NCBI RefSeq assembly: GCF_008065095.1
Contig: NZ_CP042911.1
Span: forward strand, 8,400,001-8,432,000
Length of the DNA stretch: 32,000 bases
Direction: 5' to 3'
Source: Gemmata obscuriglobus
GTDB taxonomy: Bacteria; Planctomycetota; Planctomycetia; Gemmatales; Gemmataceae
Shown here: piece by piece, positions 31,784 to 32,000 of the stretch
Layout: each line of letters starts with the position of its first letter
Position numbering within the stretch: the stretch's first letter is position 1
Translations under genes and position numbers: made by a program
Notes under the pieces: generated by a model
What the model was told of the DNA's origin: nothing
What the model saw: only the letters and a program-made list of their open reading frames with translations
Database searches by the model: none

Positions 31784-31880
31784 GAAGTCTCAAGTCGGCA
31801 GGTCGCAAGTCGTAAAGTCGAAGACCTCCACTGTGAAGGTCTTCGACTTTACGACTTGCGACCTGCCGACTTGAGACTTC
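31784..31880. repeat. 97-nt palindromic element: perfect 43-bp inverted repeat with RRGTC-periodic arms
   Basis: 31784-31826 (gaagtctcaagtcggcaggtcgcaagtcgtaaagtcgaagacc) is the exact reverse complement of 31838-31880, with an 11-nt loop. It abuts the stop codon at 31881-31883 and lies 66 nt upstream of the hom ATG. There is no U-tract on either side. Confidence 0.8.
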
Positions 31881-32000
31881 TCAAGCTCGGGCTTTGCGAA
31901 AACGGAGCCGGCCGAGGAGCAGGCTGCCGAACCCGATGCCCGCGAGCACGACGCCCGGGGGGGCCGGAACCGCGCTGGGCGGCGGGGGGCAGTAGTCCGG
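31881..32000 (-). CDS. 3' end of a PEP-CTERM-type sorting-signal protein (partial; continues beyond the window)
   Basis: The reverse strand reads ...PDYCPPPPSAVPAPPGVVLAGIGFGSLLLGRLRFRKARA followed by TGA. This is a VPAP motif, a Gly-rich hydrophobic helix and a basic tail, which is the PEP-CTERM architecture. Confidence 0.45.
   Translation of the reverse strand, partial: PDYCPPPPSAVPAPPGVVLAGIGFGSLLLGRLRFRKARA

Noticed and set aside
3804-31880. The long palindromes (3804, 23084, 31784), considered as CRISPR repeats or attC-like sites
   Set aside because: They are single isolated units. There are no regularly spaced direct repeats or spacers, and no cas or integron-integrase gene in the window.

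Overview
This is very GC-rich bacterial chromosomal DNA. G/C dominates third codon positions, so the six-frame track is full of long spurious antisense or shadow ORFs. I can support 27 protein-coding features (one of them split by a frame break) plus several structured intergenic elements. I saw no rRNA, tRNA, CRISPR array, transposase, integrase or phage gene, so this reads as core chromosome, not an island. The gene style suggests a Planctomycetota (Gemmata-like) source, but that is inference only: two ECF sigma factors, one of them translationally coupled to a Ser/Thr kinase; a VPAP-type PEP-CTERM tail; and many signal-peptide hypotheticals. Gene order, with strand in brackets, is as follows. 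A lipid-kinase-like 5' end (-). An ECF sigma / anti-sigma-like / secreted-protein operon (-). pxpB (+). An ABC ATPase plus ABC-2 permease (-). A 2Fe-2S ferredoxin (+). A soluble dual-PAS chemoreceptor (-). A small membrane protein (+). trpD (-). lexA (+). A P1B-type ATPase fused to an HflK-like SPFH module (+). An outer-membrane beta-barrel candidate (-). An ECF sigma plus a frameshifted Ser/Thr kinase (+). argA (-). trxB (+). A six-gene minus-strand string of aldehyde dehydrogenase, small membrane protein, class-III aminotransferase, COMT-type O-methyltransferase, dTDP-glucose 4,6-dehydratase and sugar nucleotidyltransferase. A degenerate LarA-like protein (+). hom (-). A PEP-CTERM protein 3' end (-). 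The most unusual observations are these. (1) The single-ORF fusion of a heavy-metal P-type ATPase to a complete HflK-like module. (2) A family of long, GC-poorer palindromic elements whose arms are built from about 7-nt RRGTC periods: a perfect 43-bp stem at 31784-31880 and a related copy at 23084-23155. There are also two unrelated long palindromes, at 3804-3866 and 19523-19606. (3) The ECF-sigma-coupled kinase has an extracytoplasmic tail carrying four LTxxQ-like repeats and a coding frame broken by one base. (4) A LarA/DUF2088-like protein appears to lack the cofactor-tethering segment. I cannot claim a clearly novel multi-gene system here. The ATPase-SPFH fusion and the palindromic repeat family are the best candidates for follow-up.
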